Shown piece after piece: positions 28,434 to 40,572 of a stretch of 64,000 nt of DNA; the first letter of the stretch is position 1, and every line of letters starts with the position of its first letter. The notes below the pieces were generated by a model. That model was given only the letters and a program-made list of their open reading frames with translations. It was not told the origin of the DNA and ran no database searches. Made by a program: the position numbers and the translations under genes. Origin of the DNA: Octopus sinensis (lineage: Eukaryota); contig NC_043003.1 in NCBI RefSeq assembly GCF_006345805.1, positions 80,600,001 through 80,664,000 on the forward strand, read 5' to 3'.

Positions 28434-28477
<44 letters not shown>

Positions 28478-29040
28478 GCATGTATAGTTATATACACAGA
28501 TACGCACACAAATATATTACTTGTATATACAAGTAAACACACAAACACACGCGTACACATATAATGTATATATATGTGTGTCATACGAATATTTAGAATG
28601 AAGCATTTATGTCCTTCTGGCCCTATACCTATGTTACAAAAATGTTTCTGCTTAGTATATAGAATACACTCCAACTTTGCATTTAATCCCACGGCAAGAC
28701 TGCTTGTTGCCGCTGATGTGCTTAAGCTCTAGTAAAAGCCAACTCATCTACATACTCGGACCCGCAACTTACCTCTCCACGTGTGGCACTCGATACAAAG
28801 TTTCTCAATATACCATTCCGCAACCGGCTCAAATTCCTGACAAAATCCCGTCTTACCATGAAGATAAAAGAATAAATTAAAAGAAATAGTACCTCTGTCG
28901 CTTTTGGCTTTGATGATAAGTACCCTGAGTTGCCGAATAGAGTCATTATAATCTATATAGTTTTTCATCACCACCCTATTGAAAAACGATATTTACTATC
29001 GTTAGATGGAGTACTCTTGACATACGGACCAATTATGTTT

Positions 29041-29072
<32 letters not shown>

Positions 29073-29102
29073 TATATATATATGCATATATATATACATA
29101 TG

Positions 29103-29134
<32 letters not shown>

Positions 29135-29314
29135 ATTATTTAACAATTAAGGATAACTTCTTAATAAGGAATCTTAACAAGAAATTATCAGGTAGATAGC
29201 GTGAAAAAAATGTCTAGCTTTGGAAAAATTGCATTGGGTATGATTAGTAAAATTTTTGGTAGAAATGACTAATGTCCCTCTTAGCGTGTGGCATGTATGT
29301 GTAATAATGCCCTC

Positions 29315-29411
<97 letters not shown>

Positions 29412-30667
29412 TATATAATTTTATGTACATAATTCAAAAGAGAGATGTAGAGTTTCAAGCTGTAGAGATATGATAAACTAGCAGATTCATACTACATGCC
29501 ATATACCTCTAAAATATCTTTCAGCGTTAGTGCATATACATGGTCTTCAGATCCCATACACACCGAACCTGCTTTGTCGCTGTATTTCTATCAATGTGTC
29601 GGAAAGAAAACTGGTAGCTTGCATAACGCTTTAAACAATTTTCTTTGCATAAACCAATGGAGATATTAAAGCTGCACACCACATACAGCCAAGTGGGGAA
29701 TTGCAGTGAAATCCATACCCTATGTAAATGGATCGAAGTGATCCAAGCAAGACGCAGCTGAAAGATGGTGCAATCTTAATAAGATCCAAGAATTCCACTA
29801 CACTACTTAATTCGAAATGTTTCTTTTGTTAAACTGGGGGAGATCCCCTTTCCGACTTTGGCCTTCCTCTCCGTTTTATTATTCTACATCAACTTGATTA
29901 ATTATGATTTCATAGACAAATGGGACGAAGAACTGGGTTTTTTTAAGTTTCTACTTATGCATCAATCTCTTTTACAGTTCCCTTCCTTATTTTACTCATG
30001 TTTTCTTGTAGACCGGCATCGCAGGTTTCAAATACAGTTAACAGTATACACTGAATCTAAAAGATCGCTTGGGTATACATTTCAAGTTGTATGAATATTT
30101 CCAACTCTTGTGAATTGAACGATAAACCCTCAATGGATACAGTACACTTTTATTCATCCTACGAATAAGGGAACAGTAAACTATCATTCCCGATAATATT
30201 CATAATCCGGGGAAGTACAACGATAAGCGACCATCGATGGTATTTTCTAATTGATGCGGTAAGCCGAGACCTGGGATATGCTCGAGAACTATTACAGTAC
30301 CCACCTGAATAATAAATTCTTATGTATTCTTATATATATGCCATAGTACACCGTAAGTATATTTATTAATAAGCTATTTCAAATATCAAACATGTTTCAA
30401 ATCGCAACGTACTGAATTATGTGAGGTGCGTGCTTTAATGTATTTGTGATTTGGTTGTTATTTTCAAGAAATCGAGCTCAGGGGCCCCATCATTGTCTCT
30501 GATTCTTTGAGTTGAATGCCGTTTCTTCTTAGAATACGAAAGTGCATCTAAATATATTCATATCTATCTATATGTATCTATCTACATATATATATATATA
30601 TATATATAGTAATAATGAAGGGTGAAATTTAATTAATTTGGAAAAATTATCAATTACACAAGTAGTC

Positions 30668-30700
30668 TTCGGCATGTAAAAGCCTCATTCGAGGAAAATT
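30668..30700 (-). ncRNA. Degenerate hammerhead-like motif
   Basis: Minus strand GAAUGA-GGC-UUUUACAU-GCC-GAAGAC; core and helix I imperfect. Confidence 0.22.
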
Positions 30701-30710
30701 TAATAATACT

Positions 30711-30846
30711 GCAATAAGGTTTTAGCAACGGTTGCCTTACCAACTACCGAATTTAGAAATAGCAGTCAAAGGGTTATAGCTATACCCTTTGACTGATTTC
30801 TAATTCGGTATGTTGTTAAGGCAACTCGTTGCTAAACCCTTATTGC
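30711..30846. repeat. 136-bp imperfect palindrome centred on TATAGCTATA
   Basis: GCAATAAGG..TTTAGCAACG..GTTGCCTTA..CAGTCAAAGGGT is mirrored on the other side. Confidence 0.9.
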
Positions 30847-30854
30847 TTATATTA

Positions 30855-30906
<52 letters not shown>

Positions 30907-30915
30907 TCTGTCTCC

Positions 30916-30917
<2 letters not shown>

Positions 30918-30983
<66 letters not shown>

Positions 30984-30984
30984 A

Positions 30985-31013
<29 letters not shown>
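30918..31013. repeat. (TATC)n microsatellite, 5' flank of the Tx1 LINE
   Basis: Directly visible. Confidence 0.95.
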
Positions 31014-31015
<2 letters not shown>

Positions 31016-31017
31016 TT

Positions 31018-31483
31018 CACAAGAGTCTGGATCTCAATGTAAGGACAATATTCGTAGACCCGGAGGGTAGACTGGTCGTCCTGGATGTCGACGGCAGCAA
31101 TGGGTGCGCTTTTCGACTCGTATCAGTTTACGCACCACCCTTAACAGGTCGGGCGGATTTCTTTCAACGTCTAGAAGTTTTCTTGGGAACGTCTCGTCCT
31201 TTACTCTTAGTGGGGGATTGGAATGCTACCTTGGACACGCATGTAGACTACGTGGGTAGAGATAGGAATAGACGGGGATGCAAATGCCTCAGAGACCTGC
31301 TCAGACGCTTTCAACTGTCTGACAGGTTCCGACTAGACCACCCGGAATGCGCCAACGTGGACATGGAGCAACCGCATCGGGTCGTCGAGATCGTATCTAG
31401 ATAGGATACTGTGTAGGACAGTAGATAGAGATAGCATAGGATGTCCACAATTCCACATAGTCAGCTACACGGATCACAAACTT
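31018..31483 (+). pseudogene. C-terminal half of the APE endonuclease with one +1 frameshift near 31344
   Basis: VSVYAP and GDWNA in one frame; TWTWSN..SRSYLDRIL and YTDH in the next frame, which is continuous with the 916-aa ORF. Confidence 0.88.
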
Positions 31484-34234
31484 GTGACATGTACGCTAGA
31501 CTTAGGTAAGACACTTAGGCAGGGTCCCGGATACTGGAAACTAAACGCGTCTTTCCCATCGAGACAAGTTTTCAGAGACCGGATTAGCACACTAGTAAAG
31601 AGGGCTTTGACGGGAGCCATCATCAACAACAAATGGTGGTTTGCCCTCAAGAGAGCAGTAAAAGCAGAAGCGATTAGGTACAGCAAAGCACTAGCCATAG
31701 ATAGAAATAGAGTAGAGGGTGAGCTAGTTAAGAAGCTAGAAGAGGCAATTAGAAGCGGCATCGCATCCGACGTTTTGGCGGCGAGGTTGGCCCTCGACCA
31801 ACACTTCAACGCCAAACACGAAGGATGTGCTGTCAGAGCTAGGATGCGTGCTCTAAGGAACGAAGGTGTTGGAGCCGCGAGAGAGGCCCGGGTGGCAGAG
31901 GCGCAACAGGGCAACAAAGCCACCATTCGGTCACTGGTAGATGAACAGGGGCGCGAATTGCTCGAGCTAAGTAAAATGTGTGAGGCCTTTCAGCAGCATT
32001 TTGCCCGACTGTTCGGAACGAGTGGAGGGCAAGAACGTAGGGTGGACTTCAGTGCCTACCTACATAGCCTACCACGACTCTCGACAAGAAAGGCAGGGTG
32101 CTGCGAAGGTGCCATCACGGCGGCGGAAGTGCGGGAAGCGATGGCAGAATGCTCGAGGGACAAATCACCGGGTTTGGATGGTCTACCCTACGAGCTTTAC
32201 AATTGTATGCCAGACTTGTTTGGAGATCTCTTGGCGGCGGTGTACAGCAACTGGCAGCAAAACGGGAGCATTCCTGGTTTTGTGAGCCGAGGAGCCGTAA
32301 CACTGCTGAAGAAAGATCTAAACAAGGGAAATGTAATAGATAACTTTAGGCCCATCACTCTGCTTAATGCAGACTTGAAAATTTTGGCCAAGGTGCTAGC
32401 CAAGAGGTTGGCGCTTGTCATCGAGAAACTGGTCGACAAGGCGCAAACATGCGCCGTGCCAGGCCGGACCATCCATGACAACCTCCATCTGATGCGCTAC
32501 ATCATAGACAGGGTAGTTAACGAACCTGGCATGGGTGGGGCCCTGATCAACTTGGATCAATCGAAAGCCTTTGATAGGGTAGACCATCGATACTTGGAGG
32601 CAGTCCTGAGAGCGGCTGGTTTCGGTCCCGTCTTCCGCGGCTGGATAGCTGCCTTGTACAGAGGCATCCGTTCGGTAATTCGCGTAAATGGACATCTATC
32701 GAGACCTTTCGACATTGCACGTTCGGTCCGTCAGGGATGCCCCCTCTCGGCGCTTCTATACGTATTGACTCTTGAGCCACTACTGCGGAAGCTGGCGACT
32801 CTAAGGGGCATCCCGCGAGAATTGGGATGCGGGACGAGCGTGTCTGCATACGCGGACGACGTCACCGTCATAGTATCTAGCCACGAGCACATCGAGCTGG
32901 TCGGCGAGACACTGAAAAACTACGAAGCGGTGACAGGAGCGAAAATCAACCGGGAAAAGTCAGTGGGCTTGCGACTAGGCACCTGGAGAAGCAAGCCCAT
33001 GCCGTCCACCAGCGCCTCCGTCGTGGGGCGCTGGACCGACGGCCCGGTTGAGTTGCTCGGGGTCTGGTTTGGTCCGGACCTCCAAGTGGAGAAGAACTGG
33101 AACGAGATAACGAGTAGGGTGGTCACTCTCGCCCGGCAATGGGCCGAGAGGAAACTGTCCCTAAAAGGTCGAGCGGAGGTGGCGAACACGTACATCGCGT
33201 CCGTCATCTACTACCGCCTGACCGTCGTACCTTGTCCCGACCCTACCATCACCAAACTACAACGCATCCTCTTTCGCTTCTTGTGGAAAGGATGCGTCCC
33301 GATGGTCAGGCGATCCATTTGCTGTCAACACCCGTTAAAAGGAGGGCTGGGCATGCCGTGGTTGATGATGCGCAGACACGCGCTGAGACTGCGACATCTC
33401 TGGCTCTATGTAGACGACGGTGAACAGGTGTGGTCGCCGTTTGTGAGGCACGCTTTCCCGCAGCTCGTCTCCATGACCGAACTGCAGTCGTGGATCAAAA
33501 AGAGGCCGAGGAAGGGCGAATGGCACCGCGAGTGTCGCGTTGCTCTGAAGCAACTCTGCCGTCCTGGGTCGACCTTAAGTGACTTCAACACAACCAAAGC
33601 ATTCTATAGGGGTTTAGTGGAGGGGAGGTACGACGACGAGCTCGGGGCGAACCTGGACGTCGACGAGGAGTACCTGACCCGCCTGTTCGGGACGACTTTC
33701 GGGCCAGGGCCCATGGACAACTTCCAGAGATCCCTGGCCTGGCAGTGCTACCGAGAAGCGCTACCCGTTCGGGATAAGCTCTACAGACACGGCTCGAGAA
33801 ACACGGGGCCGACCTGCCCGAGATGCGGTCAGAGCGACGAAACCGTTCTGCACGCACTCGTTCAGTGTCCAACAATTTCCGACCTGTGGGCTTATGTCGA
33901 ACAACTGCTGTCACGTGTGGGACGAGTCGGTTTATCAGCTGAGTCTATCGTCAATATTGTCACGCCTCCTTCCTTCAAACGGGAAGGAAGAGCTATTTTC
34001 ATCATCCTTGTGGCTATGGCGAAAGAATGTATCTGGTGGACGCGTCTGAAAGGATTGGAGACAAACACTTTCCTCTCTGGTCAATCTCTCATCAACTTCT
34101 TCAAGTACCACTTGAAAAGGAAAGTGAGAGTAGAGAGGCAAGTTTTGTCTAGCGAATGTTTTAAAAAAAGATGGGTGAATGTAGCAAGAATGGCACGCAT
34201 GAATGACGAAGCCACCTTGAGCATAGTCCTATGA
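31484..34234 (+). CDS. LINE ORF2 reverse transcriptase with C-terminal zinc-binding domain (open part, 916 aa)
   Basis: KSPGLDG, FRPITLLNADLKILAK, DQSKAFDRV, VRQGCPLS, YADD, CPRC..ETVLHALVQC. Confidence 0.92.
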   Translation: MTCTLDLGKTLRQGPGYWKLNASFPSRQVFRDRISTLVKRALTGAIINNKWWFALKRAVKAEAIRYSKALAIDRNRVEGELVKKLEEAIRSGIASDVLAARLALDQHFNAKHEGCAVRARMRALRNEGVGAAREARVAEAQQGNKATIRSLVDEQGRELLELSKMCEAFQQHFARLFGTSGGQERRVDFSAYLHSLPRLSTRKAGCCEGAITAAEVREAMAECSRDKSPGLDGLPYELYNCMPDLFGDLLAAVYSNWQQNGSIPGFVSRGAVTLLKKDLNKGNVIDNFRPITLLNADLKILAKVLAKRLALVIEKLVDKAQTCAVPGRTIHDNLHLMRYIIDRVVNEPGMGGALINLDQSKAFDRVDHRYLEAVLRAAGFGPVFRGWIAALYRGIRSVIRVNGHLSRPFDIARSVRQGCPLSALLYVLTLEPLLRKLATLRGIPRELGCGTSVSAYADDVTVIVSSHEHIELVGETLKNYEAVTGAKINREKSVGLRLGTWRSKPMPSTSASVVGRWTDGPVELLGVWFGPDLQVEKNWNEITSRVVTLARQWAERKLSLKGRAEVANTYIASVIYYRLTVVPCPDPTITKLQRILFRFLWKGCVPMVRRSICCQHPLKGGLGMPWLMMRRHALRLRHLWLYVDDGEQVWSPFVRHAFPQLVSMTELQSWIKKRPRKGEWHRECRVALKQLCRPGSTLSDFNTTKAFYRGLVEGRYDDELGANLDVDEEYLTRLFGTTFGPGPMDNFQRSLAWQCYREALPVRDKLYRHGSRNTGPTCPRCGQSDETVLHALVQCPTISDLWAYVEQLLSRVGRVGLSAESIVNIVTPPSFKREGRAIFIILVAMAKECIWWTRLKGLETNTFLSGQSLINFFKYHLKRKVRVERQVLSSECFKKRWVNVARMARMNDEATLSIVL

Positions 34235-34618
34235 ACCCAGAAATCGAAAACAGAGAGTTGCTTATTTGCAAAAAAAAAAAAAAAAAAAAAGAAATATAAA
34301 ATGTGACTTCATTGACCGAGGTTACCGTGGTCTTTTCCGTAGGCTTTTCTTTCCACGGGTAAACCTCACCTGTCCTCCCCTTTACACTTCATATTGACAT
34401 TTCTGTGATAACGATCCCTATTGATCAATTTTTTTTTCCTCTCCCCCTTTTTTTTTTTTTTTAACCCCCCCTTTTTTTGTCCTCTTTCTCTCCTTTTACG
34501 ATCCCTTTTGATCGAAACTCCCCCTTCCTTTTTTTTTTTTTTAAAACCTTCAAAAGAAAAGCTCTACCTTGTAATTTGTTCTATCTGTGTGCAGCCCTGT
34601 GTGGCTAATAAAGAAACA

Positions 34619-34650
<32 letters not shown>

Positions 34651-34660
34651 ATCTATCTAT
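34619..34660. repeat. (TATC)n microsatellite, 3' flank of the Tx1 LINE
   Basis: Directly visible. Confidence 0.95.
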
Positions 34661-35364
34661 ACATATATACATACATATATACATACGTATATATATATAT
34701 ACATATATATATATATGTGTGTGTGGTGTGTGTGTGTGTGTGTTTCTATGTGCATATATGTTTTTATATATGTGTATGTGTATATGCCTTATTGCAAGTA
34801 TGTTTCAGGCCACAGTTTTGCACTAAGTCACTGAAATCTTGCATATATACACATCATTTTAAAAGTTTAAGATTCAAGAGTATTATGTAGAAATTCATAG
34901 TTTACGGAGAAGGAAAACCCGTGCACATGATGCTAGTATACTATAAGTGAACATATATCTATTAGATGTACAGCTTCAGATTTAAATGATCATATGATTT
35001 TTTAGTTTGTATATCGATGAATGTAAATGTCGACCTGTCTCTCCGTGTGTGGTCTGTGCTTATACGTACAGGCGTATGTCTGAATAGAGGAATCTATATG
35101 TGTTTATATACATGTGTGAATATTTGCGTTAGCTGAAGGGTATCAATGTTTATATGTATACATCAGTCATTGTGCGTTTCATTATGTGAGCGAGCCTTTG
35201 AATATGTATGATTATATTTGCATTTGCATGTATGAAAGTATGTATGAATATATGTACGTATGTGGCTGCACATGAATCTCTTTACACTTTGTTTTCTTTT
35301 GATATGAGTACGAGTCTTTGGTTGCTAATCCTGCGCTTGTGCATGTGTGTATTATGTATATATA

Positions 35365-35437
<73 letters not shown>

Positions 35438-35471
35438 TGTATGTATGTATATATATAAATTTTTATTTATG

Positions 35472-35670
35472 TTCTTTTTACTTGTTTCACTCATTTGACT
35501 GCAGCCATTCTAGAGCAACGCCTTTAGTCGAACAAGTCGACCCAAGGACTTGTTCATTGTAAGCCTACAACTTATTCTGTCGCTACCTTTTACCGAACCA
35601 CAAAGTTGTGGGATGTAAACCCACCAGCATCGGTTGACAAGCGATGGTTGTGAGACAAACACAGACATGT
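35472..35670 (-). mobile_element. Family B SINE, 3' half
   Basis: Diverged reverse complement of the 7380-7580 region. Confidence 0.7.
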
Positions 35671-35674
35671 AAAT

Positions 35675-35721
<47 letters not shown>

Positions 35722-35753
35722 GTTAAAATAAGCAACAGGATATCAACTAGTAA

Positions 35754-35839
35754 TACAGTACGACCGTTTCAAGGGGCTCCATTCAACTGAACAATGCAAT
35801 CATTACATCAATTTAAATACAGTTCCATCCTCAGCTGCA
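35754..35839 (-). ncRNA. Minimal type-I hammerhead-ribozyme-like motif with a long helix II insert
   Basis: UGCAG-CUGAGGA-(57 nt)-GAAAC-GGUC-GU-A/CUGUA; helix I 5-6 bp; helix III self-pairs as a dimer; base of helix II weak. Confidence 0.5.
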
Positions 35840-36450
35840 CAAATAAATAAATGGAACTTTAGCAAGTAGGACACATTAATATAATTTTCCTTAAATATTT
35901 TAACAGAGCAAGAAAATGGAAAACATTCATGTTGTCGCTATTATAGCTTAGAATAGACTGCAGCTTCTAAGAATCGCATGTAGCATAGTGTGGTCATAGT
36001 GTTGTAAGGGATGTAATTTATTTCTAATCCATTTATCTCTTTATCGCCTATTAAATCTAAGAATAAAAGACTGCGTCTATTTTGAACTAAGGAAAAGAGC
36101 GAGTTGACAGCTCATGGCTAGGTATAGTTACAAATATTATATGTATCCCTTTTCCCCAGGGTGGGAATAAGGCATTAGAAGTCGCCAGTTGGATATAAGT
36201 AACTGTCTATAAAAAGAGGTAGGGTAGGGGCAATTTGTAAATCCTGATGTTAATTACCTGTTATAGGGGCACTACGGGGGAATATTTATAAATAATATTG
36301 TTATGTTTTATATATATATATGCATATATGTATGTATATATATATATGTATATGTATGTATATATATATCTATATCTATACCTATCTCTCTATATCTATA
36401 ACTATATATCTATCTACCTATCTACCTATCTATATATATATATATATATA

Positions 36451-36507
<57 letters not shown>

Positions 36508-36510
<3 letters not shown>

Positions 36511-36737
36511 TCTTTACTACCCACAAAGGGGCTAAACATAGAGGGGACAAACAAGGACAGACAAACGGATTAAGTCGATTACATCGACCCCAGTGCGTAA
36601 CTGGTACTTAATTTATCGACCCCGAAAGGATGAAAGGCAAAGTCGACCTCGGCGGAATTTGAACTCAGAACGCAACGACAGACGCAATACGCTAAGCATT
36701 TCGCCCGGTGTGCTAACGTTTCTGCCAGCTCGCCGCC

Positions 36738-36739
<2 letters not shown>
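36508..36739 (-). mobile_element. Full-length family A SINE
   Basis: Complete head GGCGGCGAGCTGGCAGAAACG through tail GTAGTAAAGAAAC, flanked by (TA)n. Confidence 0.85.
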
Positions 36740-36781
<42 letters not shown>

Positions 36782-36794
36782 GTTTTCAAGATGC

Positions 36795-36862
36795 CACGCA
36801 GTGGACTGAACCAGGAACCATGTAATTGGGAAGTAAGCTTCTTACCACACGGCTACACGTGG
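36795..36862 (-). mobile_element. Family B SINE head fragment
   Basis: Reverse complement of GTGTGGTAAG..ATGGTTCC..TTCAGTCCACTGCG. Confidence 0.6.
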
Positions 36863-36919
36863 TTCTGTATATATTTATAGGTATGTATGTTTGTGTGTGT
36901 GTATATATATATATATATA

Positions 36920-36973
36920 TAGTGTGCGCGGAAAATTAACCATAAAGCAAGGGTTATAACCATAAAGCAAGGG

Positions 36974-37008
<35 letters not shown>

Positions 37009-37850
37009 AATCTACCTCTCTCTCTCTCTCTCTCTCTCACTACACACATATATATATATATATATATATGTAGTGAGAGAGAGAGAGAGGTAGATTGGTA
37101 TATATATGAACGTATGTGTATGCGTATGTCTGTCTGTATGTATATCTACGTGTGTGTGTGTTTCTGTCTATGTGCGTATGTGCAACAGCCTCCTTTATGG
37201 GGTGTAATAATTCTCATTTTTCCGCTCTCTTTCCTAAAAGCAAATTTGTATCTTCAACTTTCTCCACCTTCCCACAGTGATGACGAAGTGATACAAATCC
37301 CCATAAGAGATTTATATAGAATATTTAGAGGCACTAAGAATCATATGGTGGCTGTGTGTTTTATTAGCGGTTTTGATAGTGAAATTTTCTGCGTTGATTT
37401 TGGTGACAGTGAAGGTTATGATAGTATTTCGTCGTTTTATTTGTGATAATAATTGTAATACAAGTGGTGTTGTTTTGTGGTAGTGGTGGTATTGATTGAT
37501 GCGAGAATGGTGTCGTTGTGATAATGTTGTTGATGAAGATGGTGGTAACATTACTGACAGTTCTACTATACGCGTATATATGTATGTATGTTTGTATGTA
37601 TGTATGTTTGTATGTATGCATGTATGCATTTATGTATGTATGTATGTATGCATGCATGTATGTATGTATGCATGCATGTATGTATGTATGTACGTATATA
37701 TGTATACTTACATGTATATAGAAGCATAAAATTCTAAGACTAACGCAGAAGATTGTTGAAAATTTCAGCGGGGAATTGTTTTCAAGAACTCGCGAAATTA
37801 TATAGTTTTGTTATAACCCTTGCCTTATGGTTAATTTTCCGCGCACACTA
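36920..37850. mobile_element. Non-coding element bounded by 40-bp inverted repeats, TA-flanked (MITE-like or fold-back)
   Basis: TAGTGTGCGCGGAAAATTAACCATAA(A/G)GCAAGGGTTATAA at 36920-36959 and inverted at 37811-37850, one mismatch. Confidence 0.7.
37005..37100. repeat. Small inverted duplication around a (TA)n tract
   Basis: TACCAATCTACC(TC)nACTACA on the left; TGTAGT(GA)nGGTAGATTGGTA on the right. Confidence 0.85.
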
Positions 37851-37949
37851 TACGGGTACTTCCTAATGTCACTATTTTCCAGAATTCATATACAGAAAAT
37901 CCCCCAGATAATTTTTCATCTCTTTCATTTTCTCTACCTGTTTAAGAAC

Positions 37950-38990
37950 ACCTAGCACCGCTTTAAGAAACAGGACTAATATGCCACACACATGCCATTT
38001 CAATAGCATTCTCGTTGTATTTCACAGATTTAATAACACATATGACGGTAATATTAGATCCTACAACAGAAACGAAATGGTCGAATTGTTGTCACTAATT
38101 TGAAAGGAATATTAGATCCTGCTGTAAGTTACTTAACGTATTATTATATAATTTTGATAGCCTGTGGTGAAACGCCCACATTTCTCGATGAAGCATCCTT
38201 CATTCTTAGGATTACGTTCTGCGATTATTCTTTATCCTCACAAACTTTGCTGAATTTTGTTAGGTGTTTTACTAGCTTTTCTTGCCACTGCCTTAACATA
38301 ACATACTGCAACTCCATTTTCATGCGAGGGTTTTACTTTTTATTACGTCGTAATGTTATATCGTCATTCTCAGAATTTTCTTTTGCTTATCCCTTACGTT
38401 TTTACATAACTGTTGGATACTTTGAAGAGTATCAGCAGTTTTGTTTTACATTTCGTTTATGATTTGATACTATATGTATTACTTTCCCAAAGCTTTCGTA
38501 ATAATCTGTGGAGTCCTATAGTACAGATTTTCTTATTAGCTTTGTTTTCGGAGAAGGATCCTGATTTCTTACATTTATTTAAGAGAAATATATGTATATT
38601 GCTTTGCTTGTTTGGTGTTGTATTCTAATTTCAGATGCGAATTTGTTTGATAACTATTGTTCGGCTGCTCTTGTTGTTTTATTTGGTATTCAAATGAGAA
38701 TATCACAACCCAAAATTTTCAGCGGTACAGCTCCAGTATCGATAAGTATTATCATATGTGCTTGGCTATTTCTGCTTTGTGTGATGCAATGTGTCTGCAA
38801 TAATTCTTTTTCATGTTTGCCTTCATATATATGTTGTACTGTGCTTAGTTCAGCAATTTGATAATCTCTGATACTATATTTATAATTCTGTTAATGTTGT
38901 TTACTAATTTCTATCTCCTCAATGTAGCTTTTGTGCATTTTTCTAAACCGTATTCCAGAATAAGTTCTCATTGTCTATCCATCTACCGTC
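37950..38990 (-). pseudogene. Probable R4/Dong pre-RT region relic
   Basis: K/N/E-rich broken minus-strand ORF; follows a (TAC)n tract; family assignment weak. Confidence 0.4.
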
Positions 38991-39078
38991 AATATTTTAT
39001 CATCAGTAGCGTATGACTTATAGTCGATTTTTACCCACAAAAGAATTCCTCCAATTTACATGCCATTTCTATAAGCAT

Positions 39079-39150
<72 letters not shown>

Positions 39151-39738
39151 CACTACTTGTTAATCCTGCCGTGTATTATTTTGATTTCCTTGTTTTCTAG
39201 ATAATATGTGCCCAATGTTTGTAATTTTCTGTATACTGCAGTTAGCTGTAATTTCTGAAAAAAAAATCCGTTTCGGTTCAAACCCATCCAATGTTTGTTT
39301 CTGTTTTCATTTCTCACCATTTAAGTAACTCTACTCATAGATCTTTTTATTTGGATAGTTCCTCCATTTAGTTGAAGAACACAGATTATCAGTTTTGCCT
39401 TTCGTCCTTCCGGTTGTCGATAAAAGCGTACCATTTCAAGAAGATGATTTGGAGAACTGTAATAAAATTTGTCCGAAGAGTTTGGTGTATTCTTCCTGTT
39501 GTTTGTCTTTTGTAGTCAAGTTCCACTTTTGCTTCCTCGGATAATCGACTGAATCAATCGGCTAATTTATCCACGCAAATTACTCCTTGGTTTCATTTAA
39601 CTAAGACTACATTCGTGAAAGCTTTGGGCTCAGGTTTCTAGCTTATTGATATCTCCCTAGCTGCCTCCCCCCAGGGTCAGAGGGTCTATAAAGGTTATGA
39701 CTTCCACATTTACATATAACTAAAAATGTAATAGTAGA

Positions 39739-40030
39739 GGCACATAGCCTAGTGGTTAGAGCAGTGGACTCGCGGTTGAAGGATCGCAGGTTCGAATCTC
39801 AGACCGTGCGATGTGTGTGTTTATGAGCGAAACACCTAAGATCCATGCGGCTCCGGCAAAAGTTAATGGCGAACTTCTGCTGACTCTTTCGCCACAACTT
39901 TCTCTCACTCTTTCCTCCTGCATCTTGCAGCTCACCTGCGACGGCCGATGTCTCGTCCAGATGGGGAACCTATATGCCAAGGAAACCAGCCCTTGTGAGC
40001 CAGACGTGGCTCGACAAGGAATAAACAAAA
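39739..40030 (+). mobile_element. tRNA-derived SINE, family C
   Basis: A-box TAGCCTAGTGG and B-box GGTTCGAATCTC in a tRNA-like head, followed by a non-tRNA body. Confidence 0.75.
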
Positions 40031-40445
40031 ATATAATAACGTTTTTTTTTTTATTTTTGGCGCATTCATCTCAAATAAAACATTACTCATGCACATCGCG
40101 TAGGAAAAAGTGAAAAGTTTATTGTTAGAATTTAAAATTTGTGAATAAATGCAAAAAAACTATTATGCAATAACATACTTTTACTTTTAAAAGGATATTA
40201 GAAAATTTATAAGACGTGAGATGAAAGGAATTCGGAAACTAACTCTGTTTTTAAAGACAAATCGTGAAGATAATAGCTCCTAACTGAAATATCTGTCTCC
40301 AAATACTATCATACTCTTCTAAATCAGTGGTTCTCAGAAGGTATCCCATAAGGCATATATAGGTATACAGAGAATTTAAAAATCTTATAACGGAATTTTA
40401 GAAAATCCCTTTTAAATTTGGGGCCACTTTAACCATGTGTAATAC

Positions 40446-40511
<66 letters not shown>

Positions 40512-40572
40512 AGGACGTCATGATAGATCGTTACCTCCTACACGCATTTTTTCTCTCCTTGTTTTTTTCTGC

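Larger units (their letters stand above)
31014..34617 (+). mobile_element. Young 5'-truncated Tx1/L1-clade LINE
   Basis: GC-richer than the flanks; partial APE endonuclease, RT and C-terminal CCHC; 3' UTR with stem-loop and AATAAAGAAA; (TATC)n on both sides. Confidence 0.95.

Noticed and set aside
28744-28974. Short minus-strand ORF with several Cys/Trp
   Set aside because: No recognisable motif and no consistent splice sites
39739-39812. tRNA gene
   Set aside because: No 3' acceptor stem; continues into a SINE body. The same applies to all SINE heads
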